In this document: positions 27,007 through 36,268 of the stretch, in pieces
Position numbering within the stretch: the stretch's first letter is position 1
Layout of the letters: each line of letters opens with the position of its first letter
Assembly (NCBI GenBank): GCA_964358055.1
Contig: CAYHNT010000005.1
Coordinates: forward strand, 1-50,562
Direction of reading: 5' to 3'
DNA: 50,562 nucleotides
Source: an uncultured archaeon
GTDB lineage: Archaea; Iainarchaeota; Iainarchaeia; Iainarchaeales; VGJJ01
Translations under genes and position numbers: made by a program
Notes under the pieces: generated by a model
What the model was told of the DNA's origin: nothing
The model's database searches: none
Seen by the model: the letters and a program-made list of their open reading frames with translations, nothing else

Positions 27007-27759
27007 ATGAACAAAGGAGAAATAGTATCCATTGAGTTTACCGGAAAAGAAGAAGGAACAGGAAAAGTGTTCGACACCACGAACAAACAAACCGCTGAAA
27101 AAGAAGGATTAGACACCAAAGGAAGAGTGTACGGTCCTGTTACCGTTGTTACGGGATCCGGAGAACTATTGCCCGGATTAGACCATGCCCTCATGCAAAT
27201 GAAAGAAGGAGAAAGCAAAGAATTGGAACTCGCTCCCGAGAACGCATTTGGGAACCGAAACGCCCAACTGATCAAAGTATTGCCTCTTAATGAATTCAAG
27301 AAAAACAACATTCCCCCAGTCCCAGGAACCATTGTCAACGCCAACGACATGATGGGACGAGTCCAAAGCGTGAGCGGCGGACGAGTGCGCGTGGATTTCA
27401 ATCCCGAATTAGCAGGAAAAACTGTTCATTACACACTCAAAATTGTGAAACACTTCACGGACGAAAAAGAACAATTGCAGGCATTGACCGATAAAATGTT
27501 CCCCGGAAAAGAAAAGCCTCATGTAGAGCGCACGGGAGAATTGATTACGGTGTCAGGAGCCATTCCACTCATGACAAAGTACCACCGCAACCTTGCGTTG
27601 TTTTCCAAACTCGTATTGGAAACCGTGAAAGGGATTAAGAAAGTCAACCTTAGTTCCATGGTGGAAAAGAAAGACGTGGAAAACACGCACGTTCACGAAG
27701 ACGGAACCATGCACTCAAATGACGACCCTCACGGACACGCGCACGAAGAAGACGAATAG
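27007..27759 (+). CDS. slyD: Long-type FKBP peptidyl-prolyl isomerase (SlyD-like)
   Basis: GKVFDTT, LPGLD.AL, PENAFG.R, GRVRVDFNPELAGK and a His/Asp-rich C-tail. Confidence 0.93.
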   Translation: MNKGEIVSIEFTGKEEGTGKVFDTTNKQTAEKEGLDTKGRVYGPVTVVTGSGELLPGLDHALMQMKEGESKELELAPENAFGNRNAQLIKVLPLNEFKKNNIPPVPGTIVNANDMMGRVQSVSGGRVRVDFNPELAGKTVHYTLKIVKHFTDEKEQLQALTDKMFPGKEKPHVERTGELITVSGAIPLMTKYHRNLALFSKLVLETVKGIKKVNLSSMVEKKDVENTHVHEDGTMHSNDDPHGHAHEEDE

Positions 27760-27825
27760 CGAACTGAATTTTACTCGGAACTCTACTTCTGAAAATAATA
27801 AAAAGGGACAAAATATTCTTATCCA

Positions 27826-28332
27826 ATGCTTCGAGTTATTTTTGACACCAATATTTATGGACGACTAGTGAAAGAAGCCGATGTCGCCTTACTCATCGAG
27901 CGAATAACCGCTGAGAGCGAATTCCTTGTTTATGGATTTGATCTCGTCCGAAGAGAAATTAGAAATATTCCAACCTCTACTCATTCGGCTCGAAAGAGCA
28001 GGATTCTCTTACTAAATATATACGATCGAATTACTCGAAAACACCAATGCTTTCGTGATTCCAAAATCGAAGAGTTGGCCAAAAAGTACCACGCATGCTA
28101 CAAACAACTTGGCGGAACGTATGCTTGGGATACTAATATCCACATTGATTTTGAAATCGTCGCATGCGCCAGTATACATGGGATGGACATTGTATACTCG
28201 GATGACCAAAAGACATTAGCAAGTAAAAAATCAGTGCAGGCTTACAATGAAGTCAACCATCGCGAAAACTTCCGCTCTCCCACTTTGTTCGACTACGAAG
28301 CCTTACTAAAAAAATTTCGAGGCAACTTGTAA
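27826..28332 (+). CDS. PIN-domain (VapC-like) ribonuclease
   Basis: VIFDTNIY, RREI, IDFEIVACA and IVYSDD give the acidic PIN residues. Confidence 0.82.
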   Translation: MLRVIFDTNIYGRLVKEADVALLIERITAESEFLVYGFDLVRREIRNIPTSTHSARKSRILLLNIYDRITRKHQCFRDSKIEELAKKYHACYKQLGGTYAWDTNIHIDFEIVACASIHGMDIVYSDDQKTLASKKSVQAYNEVNHRENFRSPTLFDYEALLKKFRGNL

Positions 28333-28460
28333 ACACTTGTGCTGGCCTTGATAAAGGCGTTAATTTCCTTCTTAAAATTAGGGTCCTTCCGTGCTTCTTC
28401 TAACATCTGCCGAAATGCTTTATCTGACATAATTTTCCTACTGCCATTCTTTTTGGTCAT
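28293..28460 (-). CDS. Small 55-aa protein, candidate antitoxin (not in ORF track)
   Basis: Read by hand: MTKKNGSRKIMSDKAFRQMLEEARKDPNFKKEINAFIKASTSVYKLPRNFFSKAS*. It overlaps the 3' end of the PIN gene convergently. Confidence 0.6.
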   Translation of the reverse strand: MTKKNGSRKIMSDKAFRQMLEEARKDPNFKKEINAFIKASTSVYKLPRNFFSKAS

Positions 28461-28559
28461 ACTAATTACTATCCATCAACCAAAAATAAAAGCCTTCTGA
28501 CCGAATCCCGCCAAAGCAGTGACAAAAGGCTTAATAATCTCGAAAGAATTGGCTCTATC

Positions 28560-29012
28560 ATGACAAAATCACGACCCGGAAATCGAAGAGTGAAACAAAT
28601 AGGAATACCAGGCAATTTCACCAGGGCTTCTAAAGGGTCGGGAATGCACCGCACTTTTGGAGTAAACATCGCCGACTTTAATTCTCTTCAGGGAAAGCGA
28701 AAAATAGTGAATGTTCGCGGAAAGGAAATTCAAGTTGAAGATCTACGAAATGGAAAACCCGATCGACGCGTCAAAGAAGAAGAGCAACGCAAAGGACAAA
28801 GACGAACGGGACAAAAAGGGGCGGTATTGCCTCACCCTGCAGGTGGGAGACTAATAAGAATGACGAGAAAAGATTTTGATGCATTAACTCACGAGCCCCC
28901 AACGCCAAACAAAAGACAAAGTGGGCCCTCGGGGATGATTGATTTTTTCGATCGACGACAAAGCGAGAGACGAAATGGGAAAAAAAGACCGCATCGCAAA
29001 ACGGACAATTAG
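28560..29012 (+). CDS. Arg-rich hypothetical protein with DRR/QRR/ERR motifs
   Basis: 150-aa ORF; TTAATA box about 25 nt upstream of the ATG. Confidence 0.6.
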   Translation: MTKSRPGNRRVKQIGIPGNFTRASKGSGMHRTFGVNIADFNSLQGKRKIVNVRGKEIQVEDLRNGKPDRRVKEEEQRKGQRRTGQKGAVLPHPAGGRLIRMTRKDFDALTHEPPTPNKRQSGPSGMIDFFDRRQSERRNGKKRPHRKTDN

Positions 29013-29107
29013 AGGCGATAGTTTTGATCCAAGGGCTTTCCTTTTTAAAGATTCCACGTCTTAGAGTATATAGTAATTCTAGTTTTGATAACCAGGGTTG
29101 TTGATTC

Positions 29108-29740
29108 ATGAGCGAAATGAACATCCAGAAAACAGGCACCACGACTGTGGGCATACGAACCAAAGACTGCGTCATTCTTGCAGCCGACCAAAAAGCCACC
29201 ATGGGCTATTTCGCAATCGAACTAAACTCACAAAAAGTATACAAATTAACCGACAAAATCGGAATGACCATCGCAGGGGGAAGCGGAGACGCCCAAACCC
29301 TTGTACGATTCTTACGCTCACAAGCAAAATTATTCGAAGTAGAACGAGACAATTCGATTACAACCAAAGCACTTGTAACTTTCATCGCCAACATACTCTC
29401 GGGTAATCGCTATTATCCTTTCATGGTCCAATTCATCATTGGAGGACACACGGGGACACCCCAATTGTTTTCCATGGATGCAGTGGGAGGAATGTCGGAT
29501 GTGGACGATTATACCGTCACCGGAAGCGGAAGCGAATTCGCCATGGGAGTATTAGACACCCAGTATCTGTCCACCATGAAGAAAGACGACGCCATCAAAC
29601 TCGCAATACGTGCCGTTACGGCCGCAAAGAAGCGCGACGTAATGTCCGGCGGACACAGCATTACCATTATGGTCATTGATTCCAATGGAATTCAAGAATT
29701 AAACAAAAAAGACGTAGAAAAATTCATTACAGCCGCATAA
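29108..29740 (+). CDS. psmB: Proteasome subunit beta
   Basis: KTG^TTTVGI, LAADQKAT, GSGS and RDVMSG motifs. Confidence 0.96.
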   Translation: MSEMNIQKTGTTTVGIRTKDCVILAADQKATMGYFAIELNSQKVYKLTDKIGMTIAGGSGDAQTLVRFLRSQAKLFEVERDNSITTKALVTFIANILSGNRYYPFMVQFIIGGHTGTPQLFSMDAVGGMSDVDDYTVTGSGSEFAMGVLDTQYLSTMKKDDAIKLAIRAVTAAKKRDVMSGGHSITIMVIDSNGIQELNKKDVEKFITAA

Positions 29741-29822
29741 ATTCGCGGGAATTTTCTCCTACTTCTTTGGAATCATTACTACCTTCCTAAATCTTAGACT
29801 ATTTTGAACAAAAGTGAAAAAT

Positions 29823-31796
29823 ATGAGAACCAAAGAACCCGAAAAAGCAGCCGCTACACGATTTGACGAGGACGGAAAGCCGATCATCGAAAAGAAAAAA
29901 TACCAAACAATCGAAGAAATTGAAAAGAAAGTGTGGGACAGCTTACCTAAAACATGCCAAGTCACGAACGTTGACTTTGAGGGGCCCGAAATTATTCTCT
30001 ACACCAAAAACCCCAAAGCATTTTTTTCCGGTACTGATAATTACGTTGCTAAAATCGCATTCGAACTGAAGAAAAAAATATCCATACGCGCAGACAAATC
30101 ACTTTTACAGGATCCGAGCAACGCAAAGAAAGAAATCGAAGCACTCATCCCTGCAGAAGCGGGAGTAAAGAACATTACTTTTGTTGAACCCTTCTGCCAA
30201 GTAGTGATTGAAGCAGACAAACCCGGACTTGTAATTGGAAAGGGTGGAGAAACCAGCAAAAACATCATCATGAAAACCGGATGGACACCCAAAATCCTCC
30301 GCGCTCCAACAAGCGATAGCGATTTCTTACAAGGAATACGTTATCATTTGAACAAACACGCACCTGAACGAAAAAAGTTCCTACAGGAAGTCGCACGAAA
30401 AATTTACAGACAAGCATCTGCCAAACACGACTGGGTTCGTTTAACAGGATTGGGTGCATTCAGAGAAATTGGACGATCGTGTATGTTATTAGACACGCCT
30501 ATCTCCAAAGTGTTGATTGATTGTGGAATTAATCCCGCCAACAAAGACGATCCTTATCCGTATTTGGATGCATTAAACTTTCCTTTATCTGAATTAGACG
30601 CGTTGGTTATTTCCCACGCCCACATGGACCACCAGGGATTCGCCCCTTATTTGTACCGAATGGGGTATCGCGGACCATTGTATTGTACGGAACCCACGCG
30701 CGACCTGATGGGATTGTTGCAATTCGATTACGTGGATGTCGCACTCAAGCAAGGAGTAGAACCTCCTTACACGGAAAAAGACGTCAAAGAATTATTGAAA
30801 CACGTCATTGTACGCGACTATCGTGAGACCACGGACATTACCCCGGATATGCGATTGACTTTCTTCAACGCCTCCCACATTTTGGGAAGCGCCTCCGTAC
30901 ACATCAACGTGGGAGACGGGGGGCATAATTTAGTGTACAGTGCGGACATGAAATACGGATTCACTCGTTTGTTCGACCCGCTCGACCTCCATTATCCTCG
31001 CGTGGAGACACTTATTTTGGAATCCACCTACGGAGGAGAGAACGACATTCAACCTTCACGTGAGCAGGATGACCAAAAGATGCTCGACATTATCACCGAA
31101 ACCCACGCCAAGGGAGGAAACGTACTCATTCCCGTGTTTGCCATTGGAAGAGGACAGGAAGTTACCTTAGTTGTAGAGGACTTTTTCAGAAAAGGACTGT
31201 TACCTGGTGCCAAGATCTACGTGGACGGACTCACACGCGAAGCCAGCGCCATTCACACCGCCTACCCTGATTATTTGAAACAAGCCGTGCAGCGAAGAAT
31301 CCTTTCCAACGACTCGCCTTTTACCAGCCCGGCATTCCACATGGCTACTTACAAGGAACGCGATACTATTTTGGAAGAAGGAAAAGCCATAATTTTGGCC
31401 TCCAGCGGAATGCTCAATGGGGGAGCCAGTCTCGATTATTTTTACCGAATGGCAGGAAACGAGAAAAACGCCCTGGTGTTCACCGGGTACCAGGGAGATG
31501 GAAGCTTGGGAAGAAAACTCCAAGCCGGAATCAAAAACATCCCCGTAGCCGATGAAAAAGGAAGAACCAAAGAACTAACCATTAACATGCGCGTAGAAAG
31601 CTTAGAAGGTTATTCAGGGCACTCTGACCGGCTTCAACTTGTCAACTACCTCCGCAACATCAACCCCAAACCCAAACGCGTCGTAGTGGATCATGGAAAC
31701 CGAGTCAAGACGGTCGCTTTTGCCAAATTCATCACCCAAAAATTTGGAATCCCCTCCATGGCCATACGAAACTTAGACACGCTCCGTTTGCGCTAA
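29823..31796 (+). CDS. fttA: beta-CASP ribonuclease aCPSF1 (FttA)
   Basis: KH domains (FEGPEI..Y, KPGLVIGKGG), SHAHMDH, SHILGS, LESTYG, GRGQE and YSGHSD; conserved position after psmB. Confidence 0.95.
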   Translation: MRTKEPEKAAATRFDEDGKPIIEKKKYQTIEEIEKKVWDSLPKTCQVTNVDFEGPEIILYTKNPKAFFSGTDNYVAKIAFELKKKISIRADKSLLQDPSNAKKEIEALIPAEAGVKNITFVEPFCQVVIEADKPGLVIGKGGETSKNIIMKTGWTPKILRAPTSDSDFLQGIRYHLNKHAPERKKFLQEVARKIYRQASAKHDWVRLTGLGAFREIGRSCMLLDTPISKVLIDCGINPANKDDPYPYLDALNFPLSELDALVISHAHMDHQGFAPYLYRMGYRGPLYCTEPTRDLMGLLQFDYVDVALKQGVEPPYTEKDVKELLKHVIVRDYRETTDITPDMRLTFFNASHILGSASVHINVGDGGHNLVYSADMKYGFTRLFDPLDLHYPRVETLILESTYGGENDIQPSREQDDQKMLDIITETHAKGGNVLIPVFAIGRGQEVTLVVEDFFRKGLLPGAKIYVDGLTREASAIHTAYPDYLKQAVQRRILSNDSPFTSPAFHMATYKERDTILEEGKAIILASSGMLNGGASLDYFYRMAGNEKNALVFTGYQGDGSLGRKLQAGIKNIPVADEKGRTKELTINMRVESLEGYSGHSDRLQLVNYLRNINPKPKRVVVDHGNRVKTVAFAKFITQKFGIPSMAIRNLDTLRLR

Positions 31797-31838
31797 AAAA
31801 ATTAACACTACGTATTCTTTTCTTTCATGGTACAAATT

Positions 31839-32051
31839 CGTTATGTTACTCCTTTTTCGCTATGAAACCCCATTACTTCCCCTAATTCCTCTAATCCTGC
31901 CACCAAAAAGGACAAATTACATAACGATGTGTCTTTTCGCCCCAAATAGTGTTGCCTCCAAACAAGGCATAACATAACGTGTTTTTTGACATTTTTTGCA
32001 CTTATGTTGAAGGCCAATACTCTTTTGTCCTGTTTTATGATTCCACATAAG
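31839..32051. repeat. Cluster of ACATAA(C/G) boxes in an AT-rich non-coding region
   Basis: Copies at 31839-31846 (rev), 31919-31926, 31972-31979, 32001-32007 (rev) and 32045-32051. Confidence 0.55.
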
Positions 32052-32141
32052 AAAATAAGGCTAAATTGAGCTTCTTTTACCTTGCTGAGTAGCCAAATAC
32101 CACCTTAATTGAAAAAAAGCTCTAATTCGACTCCTTTTGCC

Positions 32142-32155
32142 GAAAAGTATTTATA
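32142..32155 (+). promoter_or_regulatory. BRE/TATA promoter
   Basis: GAAAAG followed by TATTTATA, upstream of ATG 32191. Confidence 0.55.
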
Positions 32156-32190
32156 CTCGATTCGGTTAGAAAGTGCGCGAGGTTTTTTGG

Positions 32191-32343
32191 ATGGCTTCAC
32201 TCAATCCCCCCTATATGTTTGAACAGGAGATATCCAAAGAGGCGTACACTGAGCGCGTGGACTCCAAAGAATGGATTCGCGTGGAAGACTCGGTCCTCGC
32301 GTGGGCAAAAAAGGTTGGGAGAGGTACACTTCCGAATTCCTGA
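32191..32343 (+). CDS. Small 50-aa hypothetical protein (not in ORF track)
   Basis: MASLNPPYMFEQEISKEAYTERVDSKEWIRVEDSVLAWAKKVGRGTLPNS*, with an upstream BRE/TATA and GAGG and a downstream hairpin plus T-run. Confidence 0.6.
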   Translation: MASLNPPYMFEQEISKEAYTERVDSKEWIRVEDSVLAWAKKVGRGTLPNS

Positions 32344-32407
32344 AATCCCCCTATGTTTCACGAATTCGCACCCTCTCACCCCTTACTCCATCCCCCTTCC
32401 AAAGGTT

Positions 32408-32447
32408 CGCGGTAGGCACCCCCTGCTGCCGCGTACCTATTTTTTTC
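32408..32447 (+). terminator. GC-rich hairpin followed by T tract
   Basis: CGCGGTAGGCA-ccccc-TGCTGCCGCG, then TATTTTTTT. Confidence 0.45.
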
Positions 32448-32490
32448 TTACCGAGCGCAGATTTTTGAACACTAAAATACACCAACTCCT

Positions 32491-33093
32491 ATGCCACTAA
32501 AGCATGTCCTCAAAAAATACATAATTCTTATTTCCGGTGTCCCCGGAACCGGAAAGACCACATTGGCCAAACAACTTGCCTCCAAACTCAACGCGAAGGT
32601 TATCTCAGAAAAAACACTGATTCAAAAAAAAAGAATTGGGACATGGGACAAGTCATTGAAGGAGTATGAGGTGGAGCTCCCGGTCCTACGCAAGGCCCTC
32701 CTTCACGAAATCAAAAACGCTAAACATAGCCTGCTCATTGAGGGGCACTTGAGCTGTGACATTTCCCTCCCCGTGAATGGAATCATCCTCACGCGATGCG
32801 ACCCTTCCGTGTTAGAGCGTCGACTACGAAAAAGAGACTATTCCGAACTCAAAATTATGGAAAATGTGTATTGCGAAGAAACCAACTACAGTGGAAACGC
32901 ACTCCGCAACCACTATCCTCGAACACCGACGCTTAACGTTTTGACCCATCGACCTAAAAAAGGGCGGATCCCTACAATCATGCACTGGTTAAGCACCAAA
33001 ATAAGGGGGACAATTCGTGAACAAGAACATACTCATTCTCATTCTCGTAAGCATCGCACTACTACCCAGCGTAAACGCACTCGTACTGAGTGA
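32491..33093 (+). CDS. Adenylate kinase, AK6/Fap7 type
   Basis: ISGVPGTGKTT, IEGHLS and LERRLRKRDYSELKIMEN motifs. Confidence 0.88.
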   Translation: MPLKHVLKKYIILISGVPGTGKTTLAKQLASKLNAKVISEKTLIQKKRIGTWDKSLKEYEVELPVLRKALLHEIKNAKHSLLIEGHLSCDISLPVNGIILTRCDPSVLERRLRKRDYSELKIMENVYCEETNYSGNALRNHYPRTPTLNVLTHRPKKGRIPTIMHWLSTKIRGTIREQEHTHSHSRKHRTTTQRKRTRTE

Positions 33094-34261
33094 AAAAACA
33101 CTCACAGAACTAGGGTTCACCTCAATCAACATTTCAGGGCCTTCCCAAACGCAATGCGACACGTTCAACTTTGAACCCTTTGACGATTACACGGTTGCAG
33201 GAAACGACACCGTACTCACGCTCAACATTACGACTCTCCCCCAAGGAGACGATGATTCAAACGTAAGCGTATGGGCCAATGACGAGCTTATTCAAACCAT
33301 TCACACAGACGATTTGTTTGATAATGGAAACATCCACGTGCTAATCCCCACCGAAAACCAATCCGCTTCAACCGAAATGCGCATTTGTGCAAGCACCGCA
33401 CCGGAGTCACAACGTATCACCGTGCAAAGCTCCACCAAACTCGGACTGTATCAACAACCGCGATTCGACACACTCGAATCATTCCAAACCATCATCGCGG
33501 GAAGCGAACCCGTGTTGGGAGACGAGATCTCTATCCAAGTCATTGTCAAGAACCACGGAGGAGAAGCCGCAGATGTGGTAATTGATTATCGAAAATACGA
33601 ACTCGACTATGTACCATTATTGAAAGGAGAAACAGGATTCACCGGGATCATTCTCCCCGGAGAAACCAAGACACTCACGTATAGCATCAAGCCCTTACGC
33701 GCAGTATCTATCTTACTCCCTCCTGCCGTGCTCACGTACACCAATATTTTCGGAGAAATCGTCGTCAAAGAATCCACACGACCCTTTTTGCTCGTAGAAG
33801 CCCCCGAGTTTAACGTGCGCGGAGCATTCTTAGTGCCACAAGTACAAGCCAATGTAAACGAACCCTTGCACGTGGAATGGGTGGCTCAGAATGATGGCAT
33901 TGTCCCCGTGTATGATTTGGTTGCCACCTATACTATTTTTCCCAATGGAAGCGTGAATCCTTCCTCAACTCACATTCAGGAGATATCCCCATCAAAGGCA
34001 GTAACGGAATCATTCACGGTTACATTTACAGAACCCGGAATTTACACCTTAGGATGTTACTTATCCCCGCGAGACGATCCCTCACTCACCACGCACTGTC
34101 AAAGCGCTACGATTGAAGTAATAGAACCCAACACCAGCGTCACGTTGCTGTTCTCGTTGTTGTTATTGTTAATCGCCATGGCGGTGTATGCCTACATCTA
34201 CGTCATTCCCCACACCAAAACACCAGAGCCTGCGCCTCCTAAAAAGCGATTCCAATCCTAA
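33017..34261 (+). CDS. Secreted, C-terminally anchored protein with Ig-like (CARDB/BatD-like) domains
   Basis: Signal peptide (SVNA^L), VKNHGG...ILPGETKTLTY..KP...LPPAVLTY, second beta domain, C-terminal TM and basic tail. Confidence 0.8.
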   Translation: MNKNILILILVSIALLPSVNALVLSEKTLTELGFTSINISGPSQTQCDTFNFEPFDDYTVAGNDTVLTLNITTLPQGDDDSNVSVWANDELIQTIHTDDLFDNGNIHVLIPTENQSASTEMRICASTAPESQRITVQSSTKLGLYQQPRFDTLESFQTIIAGSEPVLGDEISIQVIVKNHGGEAADVVIDYRKYELDYVPLLKGETGFTGIILPGETKTLTYSIKPLRAVSILLPPAVLTYTNIFGEIVVKESTRPFLLVEAPEFNVRGAFLVPQVQANVNEPLHVEWVAQNDGIVPVYDLVATYTIFPNGSVNPSSTHIQEISPSKAVTESFTVTFTEPGIYTLGCYLSPRDDPSLTTHCQSATIEVIEPNTSVTLLFSLLLLLIAMAVYAYIYVIPHTKTPEPAPPKKRFQS

Positions 34262-34435
34262 AAAAACCAAAAAAGCAGGTTTTTTAATTCCGACGAACGA
34301 GTATAGTAGTAGCACTTTGACCGTATTTACCATGAAGCAAATTGAATCGTATACCCATTACCCTGTTTCTTCATTACACTTTTCCGAAGTTTTGAGTAAA
34401 ATTTCAATTATAGCCAATCCATTGGAGGAATACCT

Positions 34436-34759
34436 ATGATGAATTCAGACAATTTCAACGCCCGTCCGCGCAGACAATTTGGACCCGTTCCCGTAAAGGA
34501 AGGGGACACCTACGATGTCACGATCGAAGGAATAGGAGAAAAAGGAGACGGGATTGCCAAAATCCAAGGATTCGTCATCGTGGTTCCAAAAACACAGCAG
34601 GGACAACGCGTCAAAATACGTATTACTGCGGTACGCGGAAAAGTATCATTCGGTGAAGTGGTAGGAGAAGCCACCAGCGAAGAGCCCGCAGCAACCGAAG
34701 AAGAAAACACAAGCGAAGAATCGGAAGATATGGAAAGTACATCTGAAGAAGAAAAGTAA
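34436..34759 (+). CDS. Single TRAM-domain RNA-binding protein with acidic tail
   Basis: PVKEGDTYDVTIEGIGEKGDGIAKIQGFVIVVP; GGAGG SD upstream. Confidence 0.93.
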   Translation: MMNSDNFNARPRRQFGPVPVKEGDTYDVTIEGIGEKGDGIAKIQGFVIVVPKTQQGQRVKIRITAVRGKVSFGEVVGEATSEEPAATEEENTSEESEDMESTSEEEK

Positions 34760-34785
34760 TATTTTTTTTCAAAAATAAATTAACT

Positions 34786-34813
34786 CATTCGGGGAAAAAA
34801 TAGTCCCCGAATG
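34786..34813. terminator. Perfect 10-bp hairpin between convergent genes
   Basis: CATTCGGGGA-aaaaatag-TCCCCGAATG. Confidence 0.6.
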
Positions 34814-34827
34814 AAAACCTATTTTTT

Positions 34828-35592
34828 CTATTTTCCTTTTCTCTTTTTCTTCTGAATACCCTTACTACGTGTTCCGTGAACGGTATGCGGATGATGTACG
34901 TGTCCACTTAACACACCACTTTCTTTTACTGTTTCTCCGAACAAAATATACCAGGTCATCCACCACGTGTAACCTGCAGCACCGAAGAACAATGCCGAGA
35001 GGGTGTTGAACTCGGGGATGGAGAAGATAGCCACTAATCCAACTAGTACTACCCCATAGGCCATCATGAGTAACCAAGAGACCCAATAGTGTGCAGTGGA
35101 AACAACCACCCACACTTTGGAAAACTGGAACGCGGAACCAATCTTCTTATCGTGCGCATACAACTGAACCCCTACCGGCACCATCACGGCACCCAAGAAG
35201 GCCAAAAATAATGCCACCGCACCAAACAAAGCACCATTCACTAACAACGCAGTGAAGCTCTGAATGGCTAAAACAGGATTCTGTGCGAGGTTCTGAAAAA
35301 TACTAACCAAGTAAGGAACCGATGTAACCGTACCCGCAACCAAAACCAGGAGTGCGGGGATAAAGTAAATGATTGAAACCACCAACACAATCAGTCCGGA
35401 CAAATACATGTCTATGAAATCAGAAAAATGAGGCATGGTCGAATTATTGGCCTGCGTACGACGAGACGATTCAACGCCTAGGCCATGCAATAATGGTCGT
35501 AGGGGCGCAAAGACCGTAAATAATATCCCCAAAATAATCGTCACCGCGTCTGTTTTCCAGGGACGCTTGACGGCTTCCACAAAATCAATCAT
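34828..35592 (-). CDS. DUF4013-like membrane protein
   Basis: AVKRPW...MPHFSDF...GL...IIYFIP...IGSAFQF pattern; GGAGGAGTGA SD before ATG 35592. Confidence 0.78.
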   Translation of the reverse strand: MIDFVEAVKRPWKTDAVTIILGILFTVFAPLRPLLHGLGVESSRRTQANNSTMPHFSDFIDMYLSGLIVLVVSIIYFIPALLVLVAGTVTSVPYLVSIFQNLAQNPVLAIQSFTALLVNGALFGAVALFLAFLGAVMVPVGVQLYAHDKKIGSAFQFSKVWVVVSTAHYWVSWLLMMAYGVVLVGLVAIFSIPEFNTLSALFFGAAGYTWWMTWYILFGETVKESGVLSGHVHHPHTVHGTRSKGIQKKKRKGK

Positions 35593-35735
35593 GTTCACTC
35601 CTCCAAAGACCACTATTGGTCGAATAACCCAAGCAAAAACTCGCGGTTTATAAAAGCGCTATTTTTTACGCTCAACGTGCAAGGTTTTAGTCCCCAAACG
35701 CAGGCATTAAATCCCTGACATTCCTCCCCAACACT

Positions 35736-36224
35736 ATGCCTCCCTCCACCAAACCCACGGCGAAAAACGCCCCAAAAAAGAAGGACAAGCTTCCTATCGA
35801 AAAAGCATGCGTCGCACTCGTTTATCGTGGGAAAAAATTCTTATTACTCAAAAATACCTACTCGAAAAACTGGACGGCCCCAGGAGGACAAGTAGAGAAA
35901 GGAGAAACGGATGAACAAACGGCACGAAGAGAAGCGTTTGAGGAAACCGGAATAAAAAATTTAGTGTTTGTTCCTCATTTCAAAAAAGTAAACATTTACC
36001 CGATGTATCGTGGAACCAAGAAAGTGGAACGACACGTGTTATACTTTCTCGCGGAAAGCAAAAGCGGGGAAGTAGAACTCTCAGCCGAGCACATTGCCTA
36101 CGAGTGGCTAGACTTCACGAGTGCCATCCACCGAGTAAAGTTTCCCGCACTCAAATCCATTCTATCCGCGGCCGCACAAAAACTCGACCCTTCATTCAAA
36201 TGGAAGCCCAGCGAAAAACCGTAA
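35736..36224 (+). CDS. Nudix hydrolase (Ap4A hydrolase-like)
   Basis: Nudix box GGQVEKGETDEQTARREAFEETG and LSAEHIAYEW. Confidence 0.92.
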   Translation: MPPSTKPTAKNAPKKKDKLPIEKACVALVYRGKKFLLLKNTYSKNWTAPGGQVEKGETDEQTARREAFEETGIKNLVFVPHFKKVNIYPMYRGTKKVERHVLYFLAESKSGEVELSAEHIAYEWLDFTSAIHRVKFPALKSILSAAAQKLDPSFKWKPSEKP

Positions 36225-36268
36225 GGAAAACTCTTGCCTTAAAAACTCAAATGAGGACAATTAACTCC

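Noticed and set aside
28469-28669. Minus-strand 66-aa ORF as the PIN antitoxin
   Set aside because: It overlaps the 28560 gene and its promoter region; the 28460-28293 ORF is the better candidate.
31797-32460. CRISPR array or tRNA/rRNA in the long intergenic region
   Set aside because: Repeats are only 7-19 nt, irregularly spaced and in both orientations. No cloverleaf or rRNA-like sequence and no cas genes.
32219-32500. ORF-track calls 32219-32500, 32271-32468 and 32197-32379
   Set aside because: They have no start signals or protein-like features. The 50-aa ORF at 32191 fits the promoter and SD better.
33017-33093. 77-nt overlap of the kinase with the next gene as a programmed frameshift
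   Set aside because: The kinase domain is complete before the overlap and the downstream gene has its own signal peptide from GTG 33017. A run-on tail is the simpler explanation.
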